IMG/VR virus record: IMGVR_UViG_3300024346_000047
Location: 4,405 to 68,404 of that record
DNA length: 64,000 nucleotides
DNA from: a virus
Strand: one strand, 5' to 3'
Under the pieces are notes generated by a model, which was not told the origin of the DNA, made no database searches, and worked only from the letters and a program-made list of their open reading frames with translations. Of this stretch, positions 41,273-49,836 are shown piece by piece. Position numbers and translations under genes: made by a program. Numbering within the stretch: the stretch's first letter is position 1; each line of letters begins with the position of its first letter.

Positions 41273-41437
41273 TTATTTATTATAAGCCTTAATATACCAC
41301 TCGCCTTTTAGTTTTCTTCTCTTAAGAACCCCCCCTTGAGCTTGTCTTTTTACTGTTGATAATTTCTTACCGAAAACTTCAGCGTAATCTTCTATAGGAT
41401 AGTAAATCCCATCTGGGAACGTAACTCTATCTAGCAT
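41273..41437 (-). CDS. 54-aa excisionase-like HTH DNA-binding protein (not in ORF track)
   Basis: YYPIEDYAEVFGKKLSTVKRQAQGGVL...KGEWYI. Confidence 0.6.
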   Translation of the reverse strand: MLDRVTFPDGIYYPIEDYAEVFGKKLSTVKRQAQGGVLKRRKLKGEWYIKAYNK

Positions 41438-42305
41438 ATTTTTGTTCTTTTCTTTTTTCTTGACTTAATGATATTTTACCATACAATTCAGGTGATAACT
41501 TCATAACCGCCACCTTTAAGCTATATACATCTAAGTATTCAAAAAACATATTATTTAGAGCAGACCATGTTACCCCTCCTTCTATAACTTTGTCTATAGT
41601 TTCTTTATCCTGATTATAAACCTTACTAGCTAAAGATGACCTGTGCCTTTTAACCATACTATACATATTAGGGTGTGATTTTTTTAATCTATACTTAAAA
41701 GAATCACAATTAGAATATTGAAAGTATTTATCATTTAAATCAGAGTATGAAAAACCTGATGATATATCATCCATCATTTCCTCTATGTTTTTATCAATTT
41801 TACTATCAAATCTTGTTTTAACTTGTTGAGATTTACTAACTATTAATACATCTTTTACTTTAATACTACTTAAATCTTCTCCTGTTATTTTTTCTTTTAT
41901 TTCTAAAAAATGATTGGTAAGCGATTTACCATTTAACATTCTAGAATCCATCATGTGTAATCCAGATACATAGCCTCTTAAATAGTGTAGGTAAGTGGTT
42001 CTATGTTTTTTAGTTAACTGTAAAGCTTTTGTAAAGTAAATAGAGTTTTTTGGGTTTTTGCTTTGATCTATAACTAAATAAAAAAACACAACCATTGGAA
42101 TTATATCTTCTGACTTTTTTGACCTTGGGATAAGAGTGTTTATTTCAAAATAATCCATTACTGAATTACTTATCAAATGTATTAATGGGTCTTGCTGAAG
42201 AGATAATATCTTTGCTTTTTTTAAATCATAACCTTGTTTTAAAAAGTTAACTATAGAGTCTAAATCTTTATCTGAGTAAATTTTTTCTTTGATTTGTTTT
42301 TTCAT
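41427..42305 (-). CDS. DNA-binding protein with DnaA domain-IV-like HTH and two C-terminal helical repeats
   Basis: SVMDYFEI...RSKK.EDII....FFYL and KHRTTYLH resemble the DnaA C-terminal domain. Confidence 0.5.
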   Translation of the reverse strand: MKKQIKEKIYSDKDLDSIVNFLKQGYDLKKAKILSLQQDPLIHLISNSVMDYFEINTLIPRSKKSEDIIPMVVFFYLVIDQSKNPKNSIYFTKALQLTKKHRTTYLHYLRGYVSGLHMMDSRMLNGKSLTNHFLEIKEKITGEDLSSIKVKDVLIVSKSQQVKTRFDSKIDKNIEEMMDDISSGFSYSDLNDKYFQYSNCDSFKYRLKKSHPNMYSMVKRHRSSLASKVYNQDKETIDKVIEGGVTWSALNNMFFEYLDVYSLKVAVMKLSPELYGKISLSQEKRKEQKYAR

Positions 42306-42946
42306 TTTGTATTGGCTAATATGTTTTCAGTTCTTACTGCTATATAATCTACTTTTTCTATTTTAATAGTGTAGATTGCTTGCTCTCTTACGGCAAATGT
42401 GTCACCTGGTGCGTATCCTTCTTTAATAAGCTGTCTAGATAAGTGCGTAGACTGTAATATATCCTCTCTCTTCTTTTGTTTTAAATGTTCGGGTATAATT
42501 ATCGTAGAACTTTGATGAATCTGCTCAACAGGCTTAAAAAGATTCCAATCAAAAGTTGGTATTATTTCTCCATCTACAATCTGACATATAATATTAGAAG
42601 TAATAGATCCAACCATATCTCTAGGATAAGAAAGGTGGTATTCATCCTCTCCAGCTAATCTATCTTCGTTAACTGCTAAGTGATGTAAGTAAACCGTACA
42701 TCCTTCTATTAATTCATCTAATGTCATACCAGCTTTGGTTGCTTTTCTACCTAAAGCTAATGGTTTTTGTATAAGTTTACCTTTAAAAGGAATATACTCA
42801 TCACCTTCAGGAATATAATCTTTATCTAATCTGTTGTAGATATTACCTAAATCTAAAGTTTTAATTCCATCTGCTGTTTTTATTTCAGTTGTAAGGTTTT
42901 GATCTTTTTTAATCTCTACCCTCATAAAGTCTTTTATGTATTTCAT
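42302..42946 (-). CDS. GroES-like co-chaperonin (extended/duplicated)
   Basis: C-terminal SSTIIIPE...PGD...IKIEKVDYIAVRTENILA. Confidence 0.6.
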   Translation of the reverse strand: MKYIKDFMRVEIKKDQNLTTEIKTADGIKTLDLGNIYNRLDKDYIPEGDEYIPFKGKLIQKPLALGRKATKAGMTLDELIEGCTVYLHHLAVNEDRLAGEDEYHLSYPRDMVGSITSNIICQIVDGEIIPTFDWNLFKPVEQIHQSSTIIIPEHLKQKKREDILQSTHLSRQLIKEGYAPGDTFAVREQAIYTIKIEKVDYIAVRTENILANTK

Positions 42947-42985
42947 TTTTTTTTATTTTATATATTTTATGGGTCTTAATTAAAT

Positions 42986-43061
42986 TTTCTAACAGTATTG
43001 TAACTGCCATTCTCGTACCTCGAACGTGCGCACAAGCGCAGTTACAAGGGTGTTATAGTTA
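42986..43061. mobile_element. attC-like hairpin site B1 (identical to A1)
   Basis: 73-bp identity with 36738-36810. Confidence 0.8.
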
Positions 43062-43062
43062 A

Positions 43063-43236
43063 TTATTCCTCTCTTTGGTAATCGTCAACTTTTAAACTTA
43101 AATCACTTCCCTTTTTAATTTGCTTTAGTATCGTTGTAATTTCATAAAGAAGCTCTTGCCCTTTATCTGTTAGCTCGTTATTCCTATTTAAAAAGCTTAA
43201 CCTTTCTTTTTCACTTTCTAATCTTTTATACTTCAT
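43063..43236 (-). CDS. Cassette-borne 57-aa protein (not in ORF track)
   Basis: MKYKRLESEKERLSFL...; within segment bounded by gttatagtta / taactataac. Confidence 0.55.
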   Translation of the reverse strand: MKYKRLESEKERLSFLNRNNELTDKGQELLYEITTILKQIKKGSDLSLKVDDYQREE

Positions 43237-43239
43237 TGT

Positions 43240-43518
43240 TTAAAGTTTATTAATCCAGTCTTTAACTGTTTTAATTAATGTATTTACAAATGGTTTTTCT
43301 GTTGGTATTCCATAATCTCGTTCTGGGTAATCCATAACATCAAGACTTAAATCATCTATTAGATTAAATATTTCATCATCTGGTATCTGTTTAAGCTTTG
43401 CTTGGTGGTATTTACACATAGCTTCCGCTATACTTGGATGGTTACGGACTAACATGCCTGTGCAATCGTAAAGTATCTGGTCTAACAGTGGCGCTTCATA
43501 AAATTCTTTATCTCTCAT
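43240..43518 (-). CDS. Cassette-borne hypothetical protein
   Basis: 92 aa ORF in the same segment. Confidence 0.6.
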   Translation of the reverse strand: MRDKEFYEAPLLDQILYDCTGMLVRNHPSIAEAMCKYHQAKLKQIPDDEIFNLIDDLSLDVMDYPERDYGIPTEKPFVNTLIKTVKDWINKL

Positions 43519-43583
43519 TTTACTTGGTTTAAATTTTATCTTATTTATAAATTATTAGTTTACTTATTCATAGTATTTTAAAC

Positions 43584-43640
43584 TAACTATAACACAAAAG
43601 TAAAAAGCAATAAACAGCTTTTACTTTACTCGTTATGTAC
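43584..43640. mobile_element. attC-like site B2
   Basis: taac-ac-aaaagtaaaaagc-aataaaca-gcttttacttt-actc-gtta. Confidence 0.8.
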
Positions 43641-44220
43641 AATGTTCACTTAAATTTTCGCATATTAAATCATTCGGCAAGAAGTCTACACAGAAATATG
43701 AACTACTAAACGTAATTTTATTGTTTGGTTTTCCGTAAGGATTATTAAACTTTATCCTTTTATCAAACATTAGTAATTGCATTTGTTTATTTGCTTCCAT
43801 AAAAACTTTTTTTGAGTAAGCGTCATTCAACCACGCATTAGTCATTATTAAAGCAAAAGGTTTATTAAAACTTAACGCTCTTTCAAAGAATTGTCGCTTC
43901 CCTTTAAATGGTGGGTTACTTACTATGCAATCCCAATCTTCTTTAGGCTCATAATCAAAAAAGTTTTGCCCAGTGCTTATATGAGAATGTATTACTTTAT
44001 TAGTCTTACTTATCATTTTAACAAATGCAGAATCAGCTTCGTCAAAAGGACACCAAACAACAAAATTACTTGGTATGTATTTTAAAATAGGCTTTACACC
44101 ATATTTAGGAGTATATGCTTCATCGTTTCCTGTTTTATTATAAAGTATTTTTTGGCTATCAATTTGTTTGTTTTGCCTCATTACGTTATTGTACATTTGT
44201 TGGGTTCTGTCTTCATTCAT
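43633..44220 (-). CDS. Cassette-borne DNA amino-methyltransferase-like protein
   Basis: DEAYTP, WCPFD, IVSNPPF motifs; stop inside TAAC box; boxes gttatgtac / gtacataac. Confidence 0.75.
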   Translation of the reverse strand: MNEDRTQQMYNNVMRQNKQIDSQKILYNKTGNDEAYTPKYGVKPILKYIPSNFVVWCPFDEADSAFVKMISKTNKVIHSHISTGQNFFDYEPKEDWDCIVSNPPFKGKRQFFERALSFNKPFALIMTNAWLNDAYSKKVFMEANKQMQLLMFDKRIKFNNPYGKPNNKITFSSSYFCVDFLPNDLICENLSEHCT

Positions 44221-44248
44221 AGTTTATTGCTTTTTAACCGTTCACACA

Positions 44249-44383
44249 GTACATAACAACATGTATAATCCATTGCTATTTTCTGCTTTTTCAAAGGCTT
44301 GTTATTATTAATTTATTTAGTTTTTAATCCGATAATTTCTGTCTGTTAAAACGCAACATATCATACACAAACCGTTAGCATTA
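44249..44383. mobile_element. attC-like site B3
   Basis: taac-aac-atgtat..ttgc...gcaa..atacac-aaacc-gttag. Confidence 0.75.
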
Positions 44384-44545
44384 ATTAGAAAACTTCACAA
44401 TATAATTTTGTTTGTAAAAAGCTAAATCTCTTGAGTGGTAAAAACCATCAAAGTGATTCATATTTCTACTTCCATCTATATTGTAAAATTTAACTATTCC
44501 TGTAAATGTTGATATTACTGCTATCGGTTTATTTTTCTTATTCAT
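44381..44545 (-). CDS. Cassette-borne hypothetical protein
   Basis: Start re-assigned to MNKKNKP; boxes gttagcatta / taatgctaac. Confidence 0.55.
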   Translation of the reverse strand: MNKKNKPIAVISTFTGIVKFYNIDGSRNMNHFDGFYHSRDLAFYKQNYIVKFSN

Positions 44546-44566
44546 ATTGTTTATTTTAAAATTAAC

Positions 44567-44705
44567 TAATGCTAACAAAGTATATAAGTAATGGCTAAAG
44601 CATACCTAAGAGCTGAACCTTCGGGTCTTTCGGGGTTACTCGTTTGTATGCGGTACTGTTAACCCTTATTCCCGCCACTACTTATATACAAACCATTATG
44701 CGTAA
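44567..44705. mobile_element. attC-like site B4
   Basis: taac-aaa-gtatataagta-atggc...gccac-tacttatatac-aaacc-atta. Confidence 0.75.
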
Positions 44706-44751
44706 CTATATTTTGCCACTAATTAGCGTTTAGTGGCTATTTATAGAATTA

Positions 44752-44967
44752 CTAACTTTTACCAAAAAAGTATTCTGTGACACAATTTTTACAACAAAAA
44801 TGTAGCTCTCGACCGCCGTTATATTCTAAACCTTTGTTATCGGGAATATCATTTTTAATAATAGCATTTTTAAAAGTTACCCACTCTTTTGGGTATTCAA
44901 ATCCATCGTATGTTTCTTTACTTGAATCTGTTTCTATATTACAGTTATCACAAAAATATCTTTTCAT
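44752..44967 (-). CDS. Small Zn-binding protein
   Basis: CDNC...HFCCKNC. Confidence 0.6.
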   Translation of the reverse strand: MKRYFCDNCNIETDSSKETYDGFEYPKEWVTFKNAIIKNDIPDNKGLEYNGGRELHFCCKNCVTEYFFGKS

Positions 44968-45033
44968 AACTTTTCTATTTCTTGTTTTACTTCACGCCAG
45001 TTATTACTGTATTCGTTGGTGGTAATACCTCAA

Positions 45034-45258
45034 TTAATGGTAACTTACTTTTTGTAAATTTTCTGAATCTCTTAAAAGGATATCGTATTCTTTTTTACTT
45101 ATAGTTATATCGGTACTACAACCAACATCGGTTAAAGTTAATGCTTTACTTCTTATTTTATGAATAGCATCAGTTATAAGTATTTTATCTTTGTTGTTTA
45201 ATTCCGTAGCATCAAGCATATTCATTGCTTTATTAGCTAATTGTATTATTTCGTCCAT
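45034..45258 (-). CDS. Hypothetical protein containing a read-through attC-like half-site
   Basis: 74 aa; ALTLTDVGCS segment. Confidence 0.55.
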   Translation of the reverse strand: MDEIIQLANKAMNMLDATELNNKDKILITDAIHKIRSKALTLTDVGCSTDITISKKEYDILLRDSENLQKVSYH

Positions 45259-45310
45259 TTTTATTAAATTTATTTATTATTAAATCAGCACTAACCTTAA
45301 CCGCAATACG

Positions 45311-45634
45311 TTATAAACTACTTAATAATATTCTTTCAGCTACAAACGTGCAGCCTCTTCTAAAACCTATGTACTTTCCTGATGAGAATCTTTTTTCTAA
45401 TTCTGAAGAATCTTTCTTAAACCCTTCTTCCATCCGAGCAGCTTCATCAACATCTTTTTTAGATGGTAAAAAGTTTATAACATCACCTAAAGCACTATTA
45501 TTAACTTTCTTTAGTTCTTCTTTCCAACTTTTTGCCCATAAATCAACATTTGTTATTGTGGCTTTGTTATCTGTTGAATTTTTTTCAATAGTTGAAATTA
45601 AATCCTGTAAAATTTCTTTAGCTGTCATCTTCAT
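45311..45634 (-). CDS. Chimeric ORF fused across an attC-like half-site
   Basis: 107 aa; C-terminal half bounded by gttataaact (45310) and agtttataac (45472). Confidence 0.6.
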   Translation of the reverse strand: MKMTAKEILQDLISTIEKNSTDNKATITNVDLWAKSWKEELKKVNNSALGDVINFLPSKKDVDEAARMEEGFKKDSSELEKRFSSGKYIGFRRGCTFVAERILLSSL

Positions 45635-45671
45635 CTCTTTAAATCATTAATAACATTGTTTAGTTGTAACA

Positions 45672-45968
45672 TTATAGGCACATACCAAGTACCTTCTTAA
45701 TCAAACTTTCTGCGTGTTTTAATGCTTCTGCGTATAATTCTAATTCCTTTTCATCTGAACACCGCAGCATTCTAACTGCAAGTTCTTTTTTGTATTCCAA
45801 TATGTGCTGTAAACTATCGGTTGTCTTTTCAATATCCATAAATGCTGCTATGTGCAAATCATTAAATGGCTCTATTCTAATCGTTGCCTTTTCAGCAGAT
45901 TCAGCAGTACGTGCCATAACATTTTGTATAGCACGTTGCTGTAGTGTTTTTAATCTTATATCATACAT
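45672..45968 (-). CDS. Hypothetical protein
   Basis: 98 aa; stop overlaps a degenerate box. Confidence 0.6.
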   Translation of the reverse strand: MYDIRLKTLQQRAIQNVMARTAESAEKATIRIEPFNDLHIAAFMDIEKTTDSLQHILEYKKELAVRMLRCSDEKELELYAEALKHAESLIKKVLGMCL

Positions 45969-46044
45969 AATTCAAAGTTTTGTGTTATCAATTTAAGTTA
46001 GCGAGGCAACGTGTCATACAATAGCCGTTATAAGTAATAAAAAA

Positions 46045-46194
46045 CTAAAGTTGTTTAAACTTTTGACATTTTTCACATTTATATAAATCAAACCCACCGA
46101 ATCCACCTGTTTTATCTGGTTGTAACTTATAGCTATGTTTGCAAGTCTGTTGCTTGCAAATTTTCTTTATCCATAAAATTAAATCTCCTATCAT
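46045..46194 (-). CDS. Cassette-borne 49-aa Cys/His protein (not in ORF track)
   Basis: MIGDLILWIKKICKQQTCKHSY...CEKC; boxes gttataagt / acttataac. Confidence 0.65.
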   Translation of the reverse strand: MIGDLILWIKKICKQQTCKHSYKLQPDKTGGFGGFDLYKCEKCQKFKQL

Positions 46195-46209
46195 AATCCG
46201 TTTTTTAAA

Positions 46210-46266
46210 ACTTATAACATTATTTAAAAATCATTAAAACGTTTTTTACATTTAGCATTATAAAAA
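46210..46266. mobile_element. Short degenerate attC-like site
   Basis: acttataac..taaaaa...ttttta..gcattataaaa; similar to site at 37424. Confidence 0.55.
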
Positions 46267-46268
46267 GA

Positions 46269-46655
46269 CTACTGCACATTTAGGATTAAACAACCTTTAA
46301 TATCAGGAGGAGTAAAAGAATTAGGTTTAGATATTTTACCATTACTATCCTTTACTACTTTACCATTGTGTAGCTTACTCATATTAGATCGGTGTATCTC
46401 GTCCATAATACGCTCTAAGCTATCACCATCTAAACCATGTTTGTACGCTGTCCCTATAACTAAATAAAGCATATCACCGATAGCATCTGCTATTTCTATA
46501 GGGTCTTTATCTATACAAGCTAATCTGTATTCATCTATCTCCTCTTGTATCATATCAAACTCTAGTTCGTATTCGGTTATACATCCAAATGTGTCCCTTT
46601 TAGATATATTAAAACAGTTGTTAAACTCTTTTCTTTGATTAAACAACTTTTTCAT
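46269..46655 (-). CDS. All-alpha NTP pyrophosphohydrolase (MazG/PRA-PH-like)
   Basis: EEIDEY, EIADAIGD, EIHRSNMSK, GKISKP motifs. Confidence 0.85.
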   Translation of the reverse strand: MKKLFNQRKEFNNCFNISKRDTFGCITEYELEFDMIQEEIDEYRLACIDKDPIEIADAIGDMLYLVIGTAYKHGLDGDSLERIMDEIHRSNMSKLHNGKVVKDSNGKISKPNSFTPPDIKGCLILNVQ

Positions 46656-46902
46656 ACTTTTCTTTTAATTCGTTCTTAGTTAATTTTTCAATCTTTCCGC
46701 TTGGATGTATTATCTCATATACATCTCCTGATTCAATAACTTTTACAACTGAGGGTTTTGTTCTGTAGAATTGTGTTTTCATTTTTCTAAATGTGTTATG
46801 TTTATTTTTATCCATTCCTTAATACACGATTCACAACAGGTAAACTTTTTTTCAGGCTTACCACATATCTCACATTTACCAGGGAATAAGCTTAATTGTC
46901 TT

Positions 46903-47577
46903 TTATAAGAATTGTTCGTAGATTTCATCGTTGTAAATCCTATGTACTTTTGATACGTTCATCTTAACAACTCTAGCTATGGTTCTAAAGGATGTTTGAA
47001 GCTCAGAATCGTTATCCTTCATTCTGTATATTTGCTTAACTACTTCCATTTCTTTTAGATTAGGTATTAAGTCTTTATCTTTTCTTGTAAATCCGTAAGG
47101 AGTCTTACCTGAGTAAACCTTAAGGTTTTGTTTTCTGTGTTGTAATGATTTTTTTACTCTATCTCTAATTGTGTGACGCTCTAACTCTGCAAAAGCTAAC
47201 ATCATAGTCACCATCATTCTTCCTAAAGGCGTAGATGAGTCTAAAGTTTCACCTGACATATCAATCACTGAGAAATCTATATTGTTAGCGTTAAAGTCGT
47301 TTAAAACAGTTAACCCATCCACTACTGATCTAGTCATTCTGTCTAATTTGTAAACAACAATGTTATCTATTTCTTTATTGTCTAAACATTTTTTTAAGCG
47401 TGAACCTGCTGGTCTATCGAACAATCTAACACCTCCTGATACATTAGAGTCTATGAAAACATCAACTACTTCGTAACCTTTCATATTGCAATAAGTAAGG
47501 CATTTTTCAGACTGCATTAATTCTGAGTTTTCCTGATTACCAGTTGAAACTCTTATATATATAGCCGTTTTTTTCAT
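46903..47577 (-). CDS. Serine recombinase (resolvase family)
   Basis: YIRVSTGNQ catalytic Ser, DSNVSG..RP, VYKLDRMTR, FAELER, TPYGF; C-terminal HTH. Confidence 0.9.
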   Translation of the reverse strand: MKKTAIYIRVSTGNQENSELMQSEKCLTYCNMKGYEVVDVFIDSNVSGGVRLFDRPAGSRLKKCLDNKEIDNIVVYKLDRMTRSVVDGLTVLNDFNANNIDFSVIDMSGETLDSSTPLGRMMVTMMLAFAELERHTIRDRVKKSLQHRKQNLKVYSGKTPYGFTRKDKDLIPNLKEMEVVKQIYRMKDNDSELQTSFRTIARVVKMNVSKVHRIYNDEIYEQFL

Positions 47578-47645
47578 AGTTTTACTAAGTTAAATTATTT
47601 ATTTTGTATTGACAAGTTTATTTATCAAACCGACACATTAAAACG

Positions 47646-47704
47646 TGTCATAACGTTCTATAATAGCAATCCTACGGACAGCCTATTATTTCAACGTTAT
47701 AAAT
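47646..47704. mobile_element. attC-like site C1
   Basis: taacgtt-ct-ataatag...ctattat-ttc-aacgtta. Confidence 0.75.
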
Positions 47705-47873
47705 AATTAAATTTTCCAGAATGGTGCTTGAAATGATAATAAGATTCCTTAAGATATTCAACCATCTCATCGTAATTAGTATTGAAGAATATTTTATCTT
47801 CCTTATCTATATCATTTCCTAGTTGTGCATTGTGGTCTATAATCCACATTCTTTGCTTTTCGTTATCTGTCAT
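47697..47873 (-). CDS. Cassette-borne 58-aa protein (not in ORF track)
   Basis: MTDNEKQRMWIIDH...FNYL; stop inside TAAC box. Confidence 0.65.
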   Translation of the reverse strand: MTDNEKQRMWIIDHNAQLGNDIDKEDKIFFNTNYDEMVEYLKESYYHFKHHSGKFNYL

Positions 47874-47889
47874 TTTGTAAAATTTAAAA

Positions 47890-48038
47890 GTTTATAACAA
47901 TATTTAATAGCAATATTTACTTGGGGCACGGTTTATTTCCTGTCGCTTTTCTATACCGTAATTCTATGCTTAATGTACAATCCACATAGTGCAACATTCC
48001 CCCAGTAAATACAGCCTATTACATTTAACATTATATGC
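47890..48038. mobile_element. attC-like site C2
   Basis: taac..taatag..tatttact-tgggg...cccc-agtaaata..ctatta..cattatatgc. Confidence 0.75.
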
Positions 48039-48040
48039 AA

Positions 48041-48232
48041 CTATTTTTCAGTAGATTTTATAGCACTTGATAAGTGTTCAAAATTACCTCCATCGTTGTT
48101 TTCTTCACCGTTAACTTTTTCTACGGTATACAACCTATCATTATAATGGTTTTGTTCATAAACCTCTAAATCATCTCCGTTAGAGTTTTTAATACTAATT
48201 GTTCTGTACGATACGTTTTTATTCTTTCCCAT
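48041..48232 (-). CDS. Cassette-borne hypothetical protein
   Basis: 63 aa; boxes attatatgc / gcatataac. Confidence 0.6.
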   Translation of the reverse strand: MGKNKNVSYRTISIKNSNGDDLEVYEQNHYNDRLYTVEKVNGEENNDGGNFEHLSSAIKSTEK

Positions 48233-48269
48233 TGTAATTTAATTTAGTACGCTGTTAAAAGTGGTCGCA

Positions 48270-48333
48270 GCATATAACACCACCTAAAAATAATTTCGTT
48301 CCTCAACTCTTTTTAGCCAAAACGTTAAAAAGG
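48270..48333. mobile_element. attC-like site C3
   Basis: gcatataac..ctaaaaa..ttcgttcctcaa..tttttag-ccaaaac-gtta. Confidence 0.7.
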
Positions 48334-48831
48334 TTTTACAAAATCAACTAAACAGAATTAAAGCGAAGTTCAGCCAAAACGTTTATAATTTTTAATTTTG
48401 GCGTTAAAACCGTCACTAATTTATAATATAATTGGGACAAAACATTACTATAAACAGAATACTAATGTTTATAATTTATCCAAAAATATACAAAAGAAGT
48501 AAGTTTTTAATTTAACATTTAATCTAAAGTGTCATTTTTTATAATATAATCACACTTTCCTTTTTTTATTCCTTTTTTATAAGGAGTCCAATTCATATAA
48601 GAATCCCCAAAAGGTTCAGGTTTTCTAGTGTATCTTAAGCAATTAAATTTTAAGTTACAATTAACTGCTAAACACTTTGCTTCTTTTAGATTTTTCATTT
48701 TTTTTATTTTAAATGTGAGAATTTACTTTTTTGTTTAAACTTAACAAAAATTCATAGTTATATTATTTAGATTAATTCATCTATTTAACTGTTGGACAAA
48801 AATGTTAGTAGTCTAGGGTGAAACCCTACTT

Positions 48832-49752
48832 CTAAAACTTAATCCCCAAACAATACTTAGCCAAGAAAGAAGAATATCTAAGATCTAACTTAAATAAGAA
48901 CTTAGAACAGAAATCCTCTCCTCCTCCATAAATGGAATCAGATATTAATTCTCCTGTATCCTCGCTCCTTTTCAAAAAACAAACCTTGTTATACAATTTC
49001 TTGTATATGTTCCCTTTCTTATGAAATATTGTAGGGTCATCGTAAGCTCTTCTAAGCTCCGCTGCTCTCATTTCGTTACCACTGCATACTTTACCAGCTC
49101 TTTTTTGGTCAGAGATAATATTTTGCATAGATAACGACTTAAGAGTACGAGAAGCTTCCATAGCTGAACAACCCCATAATTCTGAACACTTTTCTCTTGA
49201 TGCTGTAACATCCATACTTCTTAAAAAACTCGAATGCGATTTTAATTGTTCCTCATTATTAAGAATCATGGCTTTCATGCCTCTGACTCCTAAAGATTTG
49301 AAATATTTCACCTGTTCCTTGCTTGCGTTTTTTAATACTTTGTATTCCTGAGATTTAATATGTTCTTTTAATGATTGAGATCTTAATAAATCTTTAATAG
49401 TAAAGACTTTATTAGATGCGAATTTTATTTTTTTTGGTGAATTTTCATTATAATCACACCCAACTGTTAAACAAATCTTTCTTAAAGATCTTAAATAGAT
49501 ATTATCACCTATTACATCTATCCATCCTAAAGATTTAAGAGCTTGTATTCTTCTTTTAACTGTTTTTAATGATAGTTGTGCTTCAAATGAAAAATTAAAT
49601 AGGTCATAATCTTTTATACAACCACTTTTTTCTAAAGTCTTAAGATAACCATAGAACTCAAATTCTTTCACCTTCTTACTCGTTAGGATAGCATTTGCTA
49701 AACCAGGAGTTAAAGTTATTTGTGTATGTGATAGAAATTTGTTATTTTGCAC
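48832..49752 (-). CDS. Putative replication initiator / winged-helix DNA-binding protein
   Basis: Two HTH-like segments (LSLKTVKRRIQALKSLGWI; SAMEASRTLKSL); GTG start. Confidence 0.45.
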   Translation of the reverse strand: MQNNKFLSHTQITLTPGLANAILTSKKVKEFEFYGYLKTLEKSGCIKDYDLFNFSFEAQLSLKTVKRRIQALKSLGWIDVIGDNIYLRSLRKICLTVGCDYNENSPKKIKFASNKVFTIKDLLRSQSLKEHIKSQEYKVLKNASKEQVKYFKSLGVRGMKAMILNNEEQLKSHSSFLRSMDVTASREKCSELWGCSAMEASRTLKSLSMQNIISDQKRAGKVCSGNEMRAAELRRAYDDPTIFHKKGNIYKKLYNKVCFLKRSEDTGELISDSIYGGGEDFCSKFLFKLDLRYSSFLAKYCLGIKF

Positions 49753-49786
49753 CTGTATTTAATTTAAGCGATTACAATATACGAAA

Positions 49787-49832
49787 AAATCCCTAACCTT
49801 CAAACTTAATTCTTAAGTGGTTAGGGATTTTT
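49787..49832. terminator. Stem-loop terminator
   Basis: aaaatccctaacc...ggttagggatttt. Confidence 0.7.
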
Positions 49833-49836
49833 ATTT

